32,000 nt of DNA from Caldivirga maquilingensis IC-167 (GTDB lineage Archaea > Thermoproteota > Thermoprotei > Thermoproteales > Thermocladiaceae), in contig NC_009954.1 in assembly GCF_000018305.1 (NCBI RefSeq), positions 810,001 through 842,000 of the forward strand, given 5' to 3'. The notes below the pieces were generated by a model that was given only the letters and a program-made list of their open reading frames with translations, was not told the DNA's origin and searched no databases. A program made the translations under genes and the position numbers. Shown here piece by piece: positions 22,887 to 32,000 of this stretch; positions within the stretch are counted from its first letter, which is position 1, and every line of letters starts with the position of its first letter.

Positions 22887-25646
22887 ATGAGTCCAGTTAA
22901 ATCCATGGGAGTGTCTAGGAGTGTTTTGGCTGCTGTGGTTGTGGTTGTTGTGGTTGTTGCTGTGGCTGGTTATGTGGGGTATTATTATGCGACTCATCCT
23001 AAGGTTGTTACGACTACTGTGGTTTCAACATCAGCCACAACAGTAACCACCACAACAGCCGTAACCACAACAACCGCTACAACAGTAACAACATCAACAG
23101 CAACAACAGTAACCACAACAGCAACCACAGCCACCACAGTAACAACATCAACGGCTACCACTGTAACTGCAACAACAGCTACAACAGTAACCACCACAAC
23201 AACACCACCGCCACCAATGCCGCAGACGGTGCAGATCCTTGAGGTTCCTCCAAGTGAAGTCCCACAGTACCTTGAGACTGATGAGATAGACCTTTACCTA
23301 AACCCATTCGTAATACCACCGAACGTGTTTTCACAATTATCAACAACACCGGGTGTGCTTCTTGTTTCACCAGCATTAACTGGTGCCGACGATTTATTGT
23401 TTAACCCATACCCAAGCAATACTACGTTCAACCCATTCGCCTACTACCAATTCAGATTCCTAATGAACTACCTTGTTGATAGGTCATATGCAGTTAGCCA
23501 AGTGTTCCATGGTTTAGCATCACCAATGCTTACTTGGCCTGGGGTTTTCGCAATGTACAGTTACATGTTGATATTCCCGCAGATAGTGAAGTATAATATT
23601 CACTTTGATCCAACCTACGTTAACCAATCCATATTCAACCTATTTAAACAGATTAATGCAACTGACCCGGTTTGGCACGGTAGAATACTCTACATTAATG
23701 GTAAATGGTACTACATACCACCTAATTCCACAACACCCAAGCCAGTTACAATAACATTATTCATTAGGAATGATGACCCATACAGGGATGCCATGGGCAC
23801 TGCCTTCGCCAATGAACTGCAGAGCCTAGGCTTCACAACCAATATTATCTTTGGACCAGCCTCCACAGCAATACCAGCAGTCTACGGCAGTAACCCAGCG
23901 TCAATGCAGTGGCAGGTCTACACGGAGGGTTGGGTTATTACGCCTGAGCCATGGGATACCGGCGCCGGTGCATCGTTCTGCGCCTCCTGGACAACCAACA
24001 TGCCGGGCTGGGGTGTTTCGGGGTATTACCAGTACACTAATTCAACAATAGATTCATTAACATACCAGGTTGCAATAGGTAACTTCACGTCAATGGCTCA
24101 GTTTGAGAACATTTCAAAGATTACATTATTCGACTGCTTCCAGCAGGCGGTTAGGGTTTGGCAGGTGGCTAACCAGTTCCCATATCCAGTGCTGTCAACA
24201 GTGCAGAACTACATGCCCAGTGTATTCGGCCTTGAGTGGCCTCTTGGTGCTAAATTCGCTTACTCAACATTGCATCCAGATACTCTAAAGGTTGGTATGC
24301 TTCATGTTACTGCACAGGCCTGGAACACGTATAATTGGTACGTACAGGTTTGGGTATATGATGTTGATGTACTGCAGGGCTGGGTTGGTGATCCATTCGC
24401 CTCCTCTAATCCATTCAATGGCTTACCAATGCCCTTAAGGGGTAATTGGTATGTTGAATTAAGCCCCAATGGCTCAGCAATATACCCAGTTCCCTCTAAT
24501 GCAGTTATTTGGAATGCAACACTTAAGAAGTGGGTTCCAGTGGGTCCAGGGCACTATGCTAAGGATATTGTTTACCTATACTTCAATGGTACTTGGATTG
24601 GTCAGTATTGGCAGGATGGTCAACCAATAAGCATGGCTGATATAATATTCTACTACTACACTTGGTTCGACCTATACGCTACAACAACCACTGGTGCACC
24701 GGACCTAGGCCCTAACCAGGCATCAGCATCTGATATTGGTTCAGCATTATCGGCTCTGGTTCCTGCAATAGCCGGCTTACAATTCTTCCCCAACGGCACA
24801 GTGGTTGTTTATGGTAATTACTGGTTCCCAATACCGGCATTTGTGGCATCATTCTATGCGCCAGGCTTCCCAACGTTCGCTAATCCATGGGTTGTTCAGG
24901 CTGTACAGTTGTACGCCTTTGCCCAAGGTAAATACGCCTTCTCCACTGGTGAATCCGAGTCACTTCACTTGCCGCAACTTGATTTAAGGAGCCCAAGCGT
25001 TAATGCGTACTTAGCCGCTGTGATAAAGAATTGGACTGAGACTGGTTATATTTGGGATAATGGATCATGGGCTATCATCAATGGTTACAACTTCCTAGGC
25101 TCCAATCCCACGGCCACGGCTACTCAGGATTATAATGATGCCTTAAACTTCTACAATACCTACGGTAACTTATTCATAAGCAATGGCCCATACATACTTA
25201 AGAACATTGTCACAGTATCACCGCAATCAGCAACATTGGTGAAGTGGAGTGGTTACCCATACAACTATACCTACTGGTTCAACCAGATTTACGTTAAGCT
25301 CGGCCTAACCCAAATACCACCTGGCGGTAACCTAGTGCCTAAGGTCATATTGGTTACACCAAGTAACATAACCATTGGTCAATCAGCCACATTCACAATA
25401 TCAACATATGACCCAGCCGGTGTACCTGAGGCCTACGTGTACTTGGTTTCACCAAGTGGTAATGTAGTGTACTCAGGTGAATTTAATGGTACAGTAAGTG
25501 GTACTGCTGGTACAATAACGTTCACAATACCGTCCAGCGTAACTTCAATGTTAACCCCCGGAGCCTACTCACTATGGATACTCTACTACACTAGCGTAGT
25601 TGCAATACCTGCACAGTACCAGGCAACCATAGTGGTTAGTTCATAG
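22887..25646 (+). CDS. Opp/Dpp-type ABC transporter solute-binding protein (919 aa) with an N-terminal TM anchor + Thr-rich linker and a C-terminal Ig-like extension
   Basis: It heads a co-oriented permease/permease/ATPase cluster. N-terminus: VLAAVVVVVVVVAVAGYVGYYY, then a 70-aa T/V/A/S linker ending in PPPP. The large extracytoplasmic domain is rich in W/Y and sequons. The last ~100 aa (VILVTPSNITIGQSATFTISTYDPAGVP...YSLWILYYT...ATIVVSS) look like a beta-sandwich domain. Confidence 0.85.
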   Translation: MSPVKSMGVSRSVLAAVVVVVVVVAVAGYVGYYYATHPKVVTTTVVSTSATTVTTTTAVTTTTATTVTTSTATTVTTTATTATTVTTSTATTVTATTATTVTTTTTPPPPMPQTVQILEVPPSEVPQYLETDEIDLYLNPFVIPPNVFSQLSTTPGVLLVSPALTGADDLLFNPYPSNTTFNPFAYYQFRFLMNYLVDRSYAVSQVFHGLASPMLTWPGVFAMYSYMLIFPQIVKYNIHFDPTYVNQSIFNLFKQINATDPVWHGRILYINGKWYYIPPNSTTPKPVTITLFIRNDDPYRDAMGTAFANELQSLGFTTNIIFGPASTAIPAVYGSNPASMQWQVYTEGWVITPEPWDTGAGASFCASWTTNMPGWGVSGYYQYTNSTIDSLTYQVAIGNFTSMAQFENISKITLFDCFQQAVRVWQVANQFPYPVLSTVQNYMPSVFGLEWPLGAKFAYSTLHPDTLKVGMLHVTAQAWNTYNWYVQVWVYDVDVLQGWVGDPFASSNPFNGLPMPLRGNWYVELSPNGSAIYPVPSNAVIWNATLKKWVPVGPGHYAKDIVYLYFNGTWIGQYWQDGQPISMADIIFYYYTWFDLYATTTTGAPDLGPNQASASDIGSALSALVPAIAGLQFFPNGTVVVYGNYWFPIPAFVASFYAPGFPTFANPWVVQAVQLYAFAQGKYAFSTGESESLHLPQLDLRSPSVNAYLAAVIKNWTETGYIWDNGSWAIINGYNFLGSNPTATATQDYNDALNFYNTYGNLFISNGPYILKNIVTVSPQSATLVKWSGYPYNYTYWFNQIYVKLGLTQIPPGGNLVPKVILVTPSNITIGQSATFTISTYDPAGVPEAYVYLVSPSGNVVYSGEFNGTVSGTAGTITFTIPSSVTSMLTPGAYSLWILYYTSVVAIPAQYQATIVVSS
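23007..23216 (+). repeat. Low-complexity tandem Thr-rich coding repeat (units approximately ATTVTT[ST]T)
   Basis: ACA/ACC/GTA/GCN codon reiterations encode VVTTTVVSTSATTVTTTTAVTTTTATTVTTSTATTVTTTATTATTVTTSTATTVTATTATTVTTTTTPPPP. This explains the spurious antisense ORF at 22994..23197. Confidence 0.9.
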
Positions 25647-25663
25647 TAATCGAAGGAGGCGCA

Positions 25664-25691
25664 TTTATTTTAAATCTTAAATCTTATTTTT
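25664..25691 (+). terminator. Oligo-T tracts after the binding-protein gene (possible attenuating terminator ahead of the permease genes)
   Basis: TTTATTTT (25664..25671) and TTTTT (25687..25691) lie within 45 nt of the stop codon. A new A/T box, AAAATTTATTAAC, lies about 28 nt before the permease ATG at 25766. Confidence 0.35.
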
Positions 25692-25765
25692 CATGTTTTA
25701 TTCATTATTTTACGAAGCTTAATGGCAATAAAATTTATTAACTGATCGGTATAAGTGCAATAGAT

Positions 25766-26884
25766 ATGAGTTTGCTTAGGGCGTTATCAATAAGGCTAAT
25801 TAACCTTGTGCTTATATTACTTGTGGTGCTAATAATAATTTCAGCGGTCTTATCCGGTCCAGCATCACAAATACTTAAAAGCAATATTGAGAGGCAGGCG
25901 AGTGAGCAGGTAACCCAATTAATGCTCCATCATCCAATGACTCCAGCCCAGGCTGATCAACTTAGGCAAAAGATAATAAATCAATTGGAGGCTGCTTATG
26001 GGTTGAATCAACCATTAGTGGTGAGGGTGTTCTTCATACTCTACAACATAATGTCATTTAACTGGGGTTTCTCATACTTCCCAAGCTCATATGGTGTCCC
26101 CTCAGGTAGAGTTGTTTCAATAATAATGTCCGCATTACCTGGCACCGTTATATTAGATACCTTAGGTATAATGCTTAGTGCGTTAATTGGCATATGGCTT
26201 GGCTTAAGAGCTGCATTAAAGTACGGCACTAAGTATGATAGGGCCGTAACCTATTATGGGGCTGTTGATAATGGTATTCCCCAATGGTGGGTTGCAATAC
26301 TCATGATACTGGTCTTCGCCGTTGACTTAAGGCTAATGCACTCCCCAGTAGTCTTCCCCTACGGCGGCATAGTTAGTAGCCAATACTACAACGTATGGCT
26401 CTACAATCCATTAAAGGCACTTATTACACCACAAATACTGCTTAACCTACTTTACCACATGGTGTTACCCATGGCTACTGTTCTAATAGTGAATGTTGGG
26501 GGTTGGGCCTATTTCGCCAGGTCTATTGTGCTTAATATTGCTAAGGAGGATTACGTATTCTTTGCAAGAATCAAGGGCCTCCCACAGGGACAGGTGGTTA
26601 GTAGGTATATAATGAGGCCGGCGATGCCCCAGATACTAACCAGCATATTCATAACTATACCATTCGTACTCTTCGGTGGATTCCTACTAACTGAGGCTGT
26701 TTTCCACTGGTGGGGATTGGGGTACGTATTGAATATAGCTATTGTTGGTGTACCGTCACCGGATATGCCTGTTATACTGGCCGTCACATACATGTCCACG
26801 CTACTGTACATAATACTCGTCTTTATACTTGAAATACTATACTATGTGCTTGACCCAAGGATAAGGGAGGGGGTTGGTGGTTAA
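25766..26884 (+). CDS. ABC transporter permease, DppB/OppB type
   Basis: Multiple TM helices. The EAA-like loop FARIKGLPQGQVVSRYIMRPAMPQILT matches the ArAKGlsxxxvxxrHxlrnAxxPxxt pattern. Confidence 0.9.
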   Translation: MSLLRALSIRLINLVLILLVVLIIISAVLSGPASQILKSNIERQASEQVTQLMLHHPMTPAQADQLRQKIINQLEAAYGLNQPLVVRVFFILYNIMSFNWGFSYFPSSYGVPSGRVVSIIMSALPGTVILDTLGIMLSALIGIWLGLRAALKYGTKYDRAVTYYGAVDNGIPQWWVAILMILVFAVDLRLMHSPVVFPYGGIVSSQYYNVWLYNPLKALITPQILLNLLYHMVLPMATVLIVNVGGWAYFARSIVLNIAKEDYVFFARIKGLPQGQVVSRYIMRPAMPQILTSIFITIPFVLFGGFLLTEAVFHWWGLGYVLNIAIVGVPSPDMPVILAVTYMSTLLYIILVFILEILYYVLDPRIREGVGG

Positions 26885-28274
26885 TATGGCTAAGTCATCT
26901 GAGGTTAGGATACTTGGAATGACGCTGGGTGAGTTTACCCGCATCTACTTGTCATCTACCCTTGGTAAAGTATCCTTAGCCTTATTCATGTTTCTAATTG
27001 GGGTAACCATATATGCGGTAATAGTGATACCGCATAACTTCGGTACATTATGGAATACGTCAACATACTGGCAAATATACCCCAAGGATGCACCCCCATC
27101 ATGGGTTAACTTATTCACTGGAAACGAGTACTCACCTGAAGTAGTGAGTAGTAATATTGTTAAGTCATCATCCTCATCATTAACCATAAGCTTCACTGTG
27201 AATAATGAATATAAATCACCCTGGAGTGACTTATTTATTGTTTTAAATCCACCATTAAGCGGCATCAGTATGCTTGCTTACATAACCATTAATAGGCCTG
27301 ATGGATCAACAATAAGCATCGGCCCAATCCAATTAGGTGCAACAGTCACTGAGGTGGGTACATTATATCAAGTTGAGGGTCAGGTGGTGCAATTCTACGC
27401 CACTAAGTATGGTTATGCTTTAAATATTCCAACGGCTTCATCAGCATTCCCATTCATATTCATGCATGTTAATAAGGGTACCGTTGAACCACTATATGGT
27501 AGGTATGAGATAACTGTAACACTGATGCCGATAACAGGTTCATTACCAAGTTTAGGTGATTCAAAACCAGTGGAGGTTGTTCTAGAGGGTTCTGCATACG
27601 GCTTAATGGGTACTGACACTGTTGGTCATGATTTATGGTTAGGCTTATTGGCAGGCTTCCCAGTTAGCCTAGAAATAGGCGTGGTTTATGCACTCTTGGT
27701 TACAGTAATAGCGGTGGGCATTGGTTTAACCGCTGGCTTCATAGGTGGTATTGTTGATGAGATTTTAACAAGGGTAACTGACTTAGTGATACTATTACCA
27801 TCCTTCGTTATACTAGTTGTTCTATCAATACTACTTCATTTAAACATATGGGATGCCATGCTGTACCTAGCCGTATTAGCGTGGGGAGGTAGTGCCAGGA
27901 TTATTAGGGCTATTTCAATGCAGATAAAGACCGCGTCATACATAGATTTGGCTAAAGCCTCTGGGGCCGGTAACCTATGGATACTTAGGAACCATGTTTT
28001 ACCTCAAATAACCCCATATATGCTTTACCTACTTGTCGTCAACGTGCCTGGGGCAATATTAACATTATCATCATTAAACTTCCTCAACCTAGCTGGCGTG
28101 AATTACCCAACATGGGGCACCATATTGTATTACGCCGAGGAGTATGGAGCTTTAGAGACCGGTATGTGGTGGTGGGTTATTCCACCTGGCTTATTAATAA
28201 CGCTAGTTGCTGTGACATTCATAGTTACTGCCTTAGCCATAGAACCAATTGCTAACCCGAGGTTAAGGAGGTGA
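26874..28274 (+). CDS. ABC transporter permease, DppC/OppC type, with a ~190-aa extracytoplasmic insertion after TM1
   Basis: GTDTVGHDLWLGLLAG (consensus GTDxxGRDxxSR) and AKASGAGNLWILRNHVLPQITPYML (EAA loop). There is an 11-nt overlap with the upstream permease. Confidence 0.9.
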   Translation: MVVNMAKSSEVRILGMTLGEFTRIYLSSTLGKVSLALFMFLIGVTIYAVIVIPHNFGTLWNTSTYWQIYPKDAPPSWVNLFTGNEYSPEVVSSNIVKSSSSSLTISFTVNNEYKSPWSDLFIVLNPPLSGISMLAYITINRPDGSTISIGPIQLGATVTEVGTLYQVEGQVVQFYATKYGYALNIPTASSAFPFIFMHVNKGTVEPLYGRYEITVTLMPITGSLPSLGDSKPVEVVLEGSAYGLMGTDTVGHDLWLGLLAGFPVSLEIGVVYALLVTVIAVGIGLTAGFIGGIVDEILTRVTDLVILLPSFVILVVLSILLHLNIWDAMLYLAVLAWGGSARIIRAISMQIKTASYIDLAKASGAGNLWILRNHVLPQITPYMLYLLVVNVPGAILTLSSLNFLNLAGVNYPTWGTILYYAEEYGALETGMWWWVIPPGLLITLVAVTFIVTALAIEPIANPRLRR

Positions 28275-29236
28275 TTAAGATGGTGCTGCTTAATGTTAAG
28301 AACGTTAGGTTAAACTACATAACCACAAGGGGTATTGTTAAGGCTCTTGATAATGTTAGCTTTAGCCTTGATGAGGGTGAAACCATAGCCATAGTTGGTG
28401 AAACAGGTAGCGGTAAATCAACATTGGCTAAGGTGATTACCAGGTCATGGGAAGAGAACGCTAGGGTAATTGGTGGTGAAGTGATCTTTGAGGGTGTTAA
28501 TATACTTGGGCTAAGTGAGGAGGAGTTTAGGAGGAGTTACAGGTGGGTTAAGATAGCCATGGTGCCTCAGGGATCAATGAATTCACTTAACCCCGTGCTT
28601 AGGGTGGTTGATCAAATGATTGAACCACTGCTACTTAGGGGTATTCCAAGAATAGATGCCATTAAGATTGCTGGGGATGCCTTGGAGAGTGTTGGTTTAA
28701 GTAAAGATGTTTTAACCAAGTACCCTCACCAGTTATCTGGTGGTATGAAGCAGAGAGTGATTATTGCAATGGCTATTCAATCAAGACCTAAATTAGTTGT
28801 ACTAGATGAACCAACGTCAGCACTTGACGTAATGACTCAAGCCAATATAATGAACCTGCTTAAGAGGCTTAGAAGTAAGTTTAAGTTATCATACATATTC
28901 ATTACCCATGATTTAGCGCTAGCCAGTGAATTAGCCGATAAGGTTCTTGTCCTTTACGCAGGCAAGGTTGCTGAGTTTGGGTCAGCTGACGTAATCTACA
29001 GTGAACCAAAACACCCATATACCCAAGGCCTAATGTCAAGTGTCCCAACGCTTAGGGAGGATAAGAAGTTATCATTCATTCCAGGTGAGGTACCAAGCCT
29101 AATTAACCCACCCTCAGGCTGTAGATTCCATCCAAGGTGCCCATTTGCTATGGATATTTGCCGTAGGGAGGAGCCGCCATTAGTAACCCTTGAGAATGGT
29201 CATGTTGTAGCCTGCTGGTTGTACGTCAAGGGGTGA
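28271..29236 (+). CDS. ABC transporter ATP-binding protein, DppD/OppD type with a C-terminal oligopeptide-type domain
   Basis: Walker A GETGSGKST, signature LSGGMKQR, Walker B LVVLDEPTSALD, H-loop ITHDL, C-terminal PSGCRFHPRCPFAMDIC. There is a 4-nt overlap with the upstream permease. Confidence 0.95.
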   Translation: MIKMVLLNVKNVRLNYITTRGIVKALDNVSFSLDEGETIAIVGETGSGKSTLAKVITRSWEENARVIGGEVIFEGVNILGLSEEEFRRSYRWVKIAMVPQGSMNSLNPVLRVVDQMIEPLLLRGIPRIDAIKIAGDALESVGLSKDVLTKYPHQLSGGMKQRVIIAMAIQSRPKLVVLDEPTSALDVMTQANIMNLLKRLRSKFKLSYIFITHDLALASELADKVLVLYAGKVAEFGSADVIYSEPKHPYTQGLMSSVPTLREDKKLSFIPGEVPSLINPPSGCRFHPRCPFAMDICRREEPPLVTLENGHVVACWLYVKG

Positions 29237-29245
29237 GGAGGCGAA

Positions 29246-30580
29246 TTACCTCAAGTGCTTCCCAATATTAATTATCCTATCCCTCACGCCTGGTATTGAT
29301 GGTAAGTACGTGTGGGTGTATAGGCCTAGTGCATTATTTAACAAGACCCCATCGTAACTATTCATTATTCCTCTACCCCTAATATTCCTAAACACGTACC
29401 TTTCATTAGAGTATTCTGCGCGTGAAACATGGAACTCATGACCCCTAATCCTTAGACCAGCGGGCACTAGTGGATTATCTACAATGCTCTCAAGTTCAGT
29501 ATATCCAATTGTTAATCTATCCTTAGCGGCAATACCAATGTCAAATAAGCCAACCATACTGTACTCCCTATCATCCCTAATGTACTTTGATAAGTACATT
29601 AAACCACCGCACTCAGCTAAAATAGGTACACCATCATATGCAGCCTTCCTTAACCATGAGGCAGTATCCCTAGCTGCCTCAAGTTCCCTTAAATGCAGTT
29701 CAGGGTATCCACCACCAATGTATATGAATGATGCATTATTAACTACTTCATTATTTATTGGACTAAAGAACCTTAAGTCAAATATACTTGAGAGTAAATC
29801 AAGGGATGCCCTATAGTAGAATAGGAAGGCGTTATCGTAGGCTACTGCAGCAACCCCAAGTTTATTACCGTAATCCTCCTGTTCATTAACATGTTCACAG
29901 TTAACTGGTTCAGCTAAATCATATATTAAATCAAGGTTAATTTTCCCATTAATTAACTCAACGCCGCGTTTAATAATCCCTTTAACCTTATTACCGTAAT
30001 CCTCCACGGTCACAAGGCCTAAATGCCTCTCATTAATGATTAACCCTGCATCATATGGTATGTAACCCAAGCTCACTACATCCTTGGGTAGTGAGGATTT
30101 ACATGCGTTATAGTGGTTGCTTGAAGCCACATTATTGAAGATGACCCCAACCACGTTAACAGGTCCATAATCCCTTAAACCCTTAACAATTGCCCCGGCT
30201 GTATAGGATATGTTGGAGCAGTCTATTACTAGGATAACTGGTAATGAGAGTAATTTAGCAACATGAAATGTACTCGACCCAACCTCAACACCATCATATA
30301 ATCCCATTACACCCTCAATCAACCCTAAATCAACCCCCCTCATGTATCTGCAGAAGGTTTCTTTAAGCTTCTCCTCACCCATTAACCATAAATCAAGGTT
30401 AATTGAGGGTAATTCAGTGGCTACTTTATGGTAACCTGGATCAATGTAATCTGGCCCAACCTTAAACGCCCTAACCTTAAGTTTACTTGATAATGCTGCT
30501 GCTATTATTGATGTAACCGTGGTCTTTCCTGATCCACTCCTATCCGATGCTATTAATAACGCCCTGCCAGTGGGCATCAT
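29246..30580 (-). CDS. cbiA: Cobyrinate (or hydrogenobyrinate) a,c-diamide synthase
   Basis: N-terminal P-loop SGSGKTTVT, KVGPDYIDP, a C-terminal glutamine amidotransferase domain with AECGGLMYL, and HEFH. Confidence 0.9.
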   Translation of the reverse strand: MMPTGRALLIASDRSGSGKTTVTSIIAAALSSKLKVRAFKVGPDYIDPGYHKVATELPSINLDLWLMGEEKLKETFCRYMRGVDLGLIEGVMGLYDGVEVGSSTFHVAKLLSLPVILVIDCSNISYTAGAIVKGLRDYGPVNVVGVIFNNVASSNHYNACKSSLPKDVVSLGYIPYDAGLIINERHLGLVTVEDYGNKVKGIIKRGVELINGKINLDLIYDLAEPVNCEHVNEQEDYGNKLGVAAVAYDNAFLFYYRASLDLLSSIFDLRFFSPINNEVVNNASFIYIGGGYPELHLRELEAARDTASWLRKAAYDGVPILAECGGLMYLSKYIRDDREYSMVGLFDIGIAAKDRLTIGYTELESIVDNPLVPAGLRIRGHEFHVSRAEYSNERYVFRNIRGRGIMNSYDGVLLNNALGLYTHTYLPSIPGVRDRIINIGKHLR

Positions 30581-30613
30581 TACCGGTTAAGGTGAGGATT
30601 ATTAATAAGCTTC

Positions 30614-31423
30614 TCAGGAGGGATTAATACCCTTAATATACTTAATTACTTCACTAGCACTTGGTTCATTAAAGTCACCTAGCCATAGTTTATCAGCAGC
30701 CAGGGCTTGCCTAACCAGTATTTCAACACCATCAATAACTTGAATACCTAGCTCCCTAGCCCTCTTGATTAAGTCTGTTTCAGTATTGGGTTTATAAGCC
30801 ATGTCAAGGAGCAGCATAGTCCCCAGCTCACCTAGGTTAAGTAACCAATACTCCTCACTGCTCAGTGGGGTGGCGTTAATAATAACGTGGGGTTTACCAT
30901 AATTCCCACCAATATCCACCACACTGCAGTCTAAGCCTAATCCATTGGCTAATCCACATAACTCCACTGCCCTCTCCCTACTTCTATTAAGTACTTTAAT
31001 TGCCCTGCACCCAGTTTTCGATAAAGCCAGAACCACAGCCCTAGCAGCTCCCCCAGCACCAATTAGTAATGCTTCCTCACCCTTATATCCTCTTTCAATT
31101 AAAGATTCCTCAACAGCCACATAGTCGGTATTATAGCCTATTAATTTCTGGTTACTGTTAACAACAGTGTTCACGCTCTTAATAGTGTCTGCATCATCAT
31201 TAAGTTCATCAATTAGTTTAGCCACTGCAACCTTATGCGGTATAGTTACGTTGAATCCGCTTAAGGCATCCCTTGAGAACTCAATGAAGTGTAGTAATCT
31301 CTTCGACGCTACCCTTAATGGTACATACGCTGCATCAATTCTTAGTCTCTTGAAGACGTAGTTATGAATCTGAGGTGATAGGGTATAGTTCAGTGGATAA
31401 CCTATTAAGCCAAATACATGCAT
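30614..31423 (-). CDS. aroE: Shikimate 5-dehydrogenase
   Basis: GLIGYPLNYTLSPQIHN, NVTIPHK, NTDYVA, GAGGAARAV: AroE motifs. Confidence 0.9.
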   Translation of the reverse strand: MHVFGLIGYPLNYTLSPQIHNYVFKRLRIDAAYVPLRVASKRLLHFIEFSRDALSGFNVTIPHKVAVAKLIDELNDDADTIKSVNTVVNSNQKLIGYNTDYVAVEESLIERGYKGEEALLIGAGGAARAVVLALSKTGCRAIKVLNRSRERAVELCGLANGLGLDCSVVDIGGNYGKPHVIINATPLSSEEYWLLNLGELGTMLLLDMAYKPNTETDLIKRARELGIQVIDGVEILVRQALAADKLWLGDFNEPSASEVIKYIKGINPS

Positions 31424-32000
31424 GACTCCTTCACCAGCCTAAGGTACTCATCAACCTTAACCCTAACCTTAACCCAATCACCTAATTCAGTAACAATGGG
31501 TAAGTTAAGGAAGCCACCGTTTCTCTTCTTATCACCGGTAATGGCTCTTAATGCGGAATCAGCGTTAACCTTAATGCTTTGAATCAAGTTAAGTTCACTT
31601 AGTGATTCAGTTAAGTAACCGGGTATATCTGGGTTCGTGTAACCTAATTTAACCCCAATGGTTGATTCACAAATCATGCCTAACCCCACTGCTTTACCGT
31701 GACTGATGCTGAATCCTGACGCTGACTCTAATGCGTGTCCAATAGTATGCCCATAGTTAAGCACTATTCTTATACCTAGGGTATCGTACTCATCAGCCTC
31801 AACCACATGAGCCTTATTAACCAGTGAACCGTAGATTAAATCCTCCAGTAATCCCTCATCCCTATTCATCACCTTATCAACATTACTGCTTAACTTATCG
31901 AATAACCCCTTATCCATAGTTACCCCATACTTAAGAACCTCAGCGAAACCATCCAGGTAATTTGAGGCTGGTAGGGATTTAATGAAGGCTAAATCCACTA
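31405..32000 (-). CDS. aroB: 3-dehydroquinate synthase, partial (N-terminus beyond the window end)
   Basis: GFAEVLKYG, LNYGHTIGHALE, SHGKAVGLGM: DHQ synthase metal/substrate motifs. The ORF is open to position 32000. There is a 19-nt overlap with aroE. Confidence 0.9.
   Translation of the reverse strand, partial: VDLAFIKSLPASNYLDGFAEVLKYGVTMDKGLFDKLSSNVDKVMNRDEGLLEDLIYGSLVNKAHVVEADEYDTLGIRIVLNYGHTIGHALESASGFSISHGKAVGLGMICESTIGVKLGYTNPDIPGYLTESLSELNLIQSIKVNADSALRAITGDKKRNGGFLNLPIVTELGDWVKVRVKVDEYLRLVKESCMYLA

Noticed and set aside
22926-23090. Potential long hairpin between the TM-coding GTT/GTG run (e.g. GGTTGTTGTGGTT) and the linker-coding ACA/ACC run (AACCACAACAACC)
   Set aside because: The complementarity is an automatic by-product of poly-Val codons being the reverse complement of poly-Thr codons. 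Both tracts are low-complexity, so there is no reason to invoke a functional structure.

Overview
The window reads as a core-genome stretch of an AT-rich hyperthermophilic crenarchaeon, probably Thermoproteales-like (inference). Support: a TFB gene, ribosomal protein S25e, TATA boxes about 25 nt upstream of many start codons (leaderless mRNAs), and solute-binding proteins anchored through Thr-rich linkers. I call about 31 protein genes. They include a divergent glycosidase-like gene plus an orphan Opp/Dpp-type binding protein, and a Bat-type HTH regulator. Next come peroxiredoxin, a DUF1641 + FAD-disulfide oxidoreductase pair, methylisocitrate lyase/PEP-mutase, pyrC, an orphan 2-oxoacid:ferredoxin oxidoreductase beta subunit and uppS. 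The middle of the window holds a Zn-ribbon protein, an MBL hydrolase, a small wHTH protein, rps25e, a serA-like dehydrogenase + class V aminotransferase pair and an Fe-S-loop glycosylase-like protein. It continues with a wHTH + methylase-like fusion and a TFB-HIT operon. The right end holds an Opp/Dpp-type ABC operon (giant binding protein, two permeases, one ATPase), cbiA, aroE and aroB. One long ORF (1..1566, minus strand, open to the window edge) is missing from the supplied ORF track. I found no rRNA, tRNA, CRISPR array, IS element, integrase, or recognisable defence or toxin-antitoxin module. I do not see a convincing novel multi-gene system. The best leads are single-gene or sequence-level oddities: (1) a GC-rich, helix-closed 113-nt intergenic element next to tfb, a candidate structured ncRNA; (2) an Fe-S-cluster-loop protein that looks like a hybrid of EndoIII-type and Qng1/DUF2419-type glycosylases; (3) a wHTH fused to a degenerate tetrapyrrole-methylase fold; (4) a HIT protein co-oriented directly behind tfb whose nucleophilic middle His is replaced by Ala; (5) sharp intragenic switches of synonymous codon choice (NNT versus NNC blocks) in the OFOR-beta and peroxiredoxin genes. 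All functional calls rest on motifs read by eye. No database search was possible.
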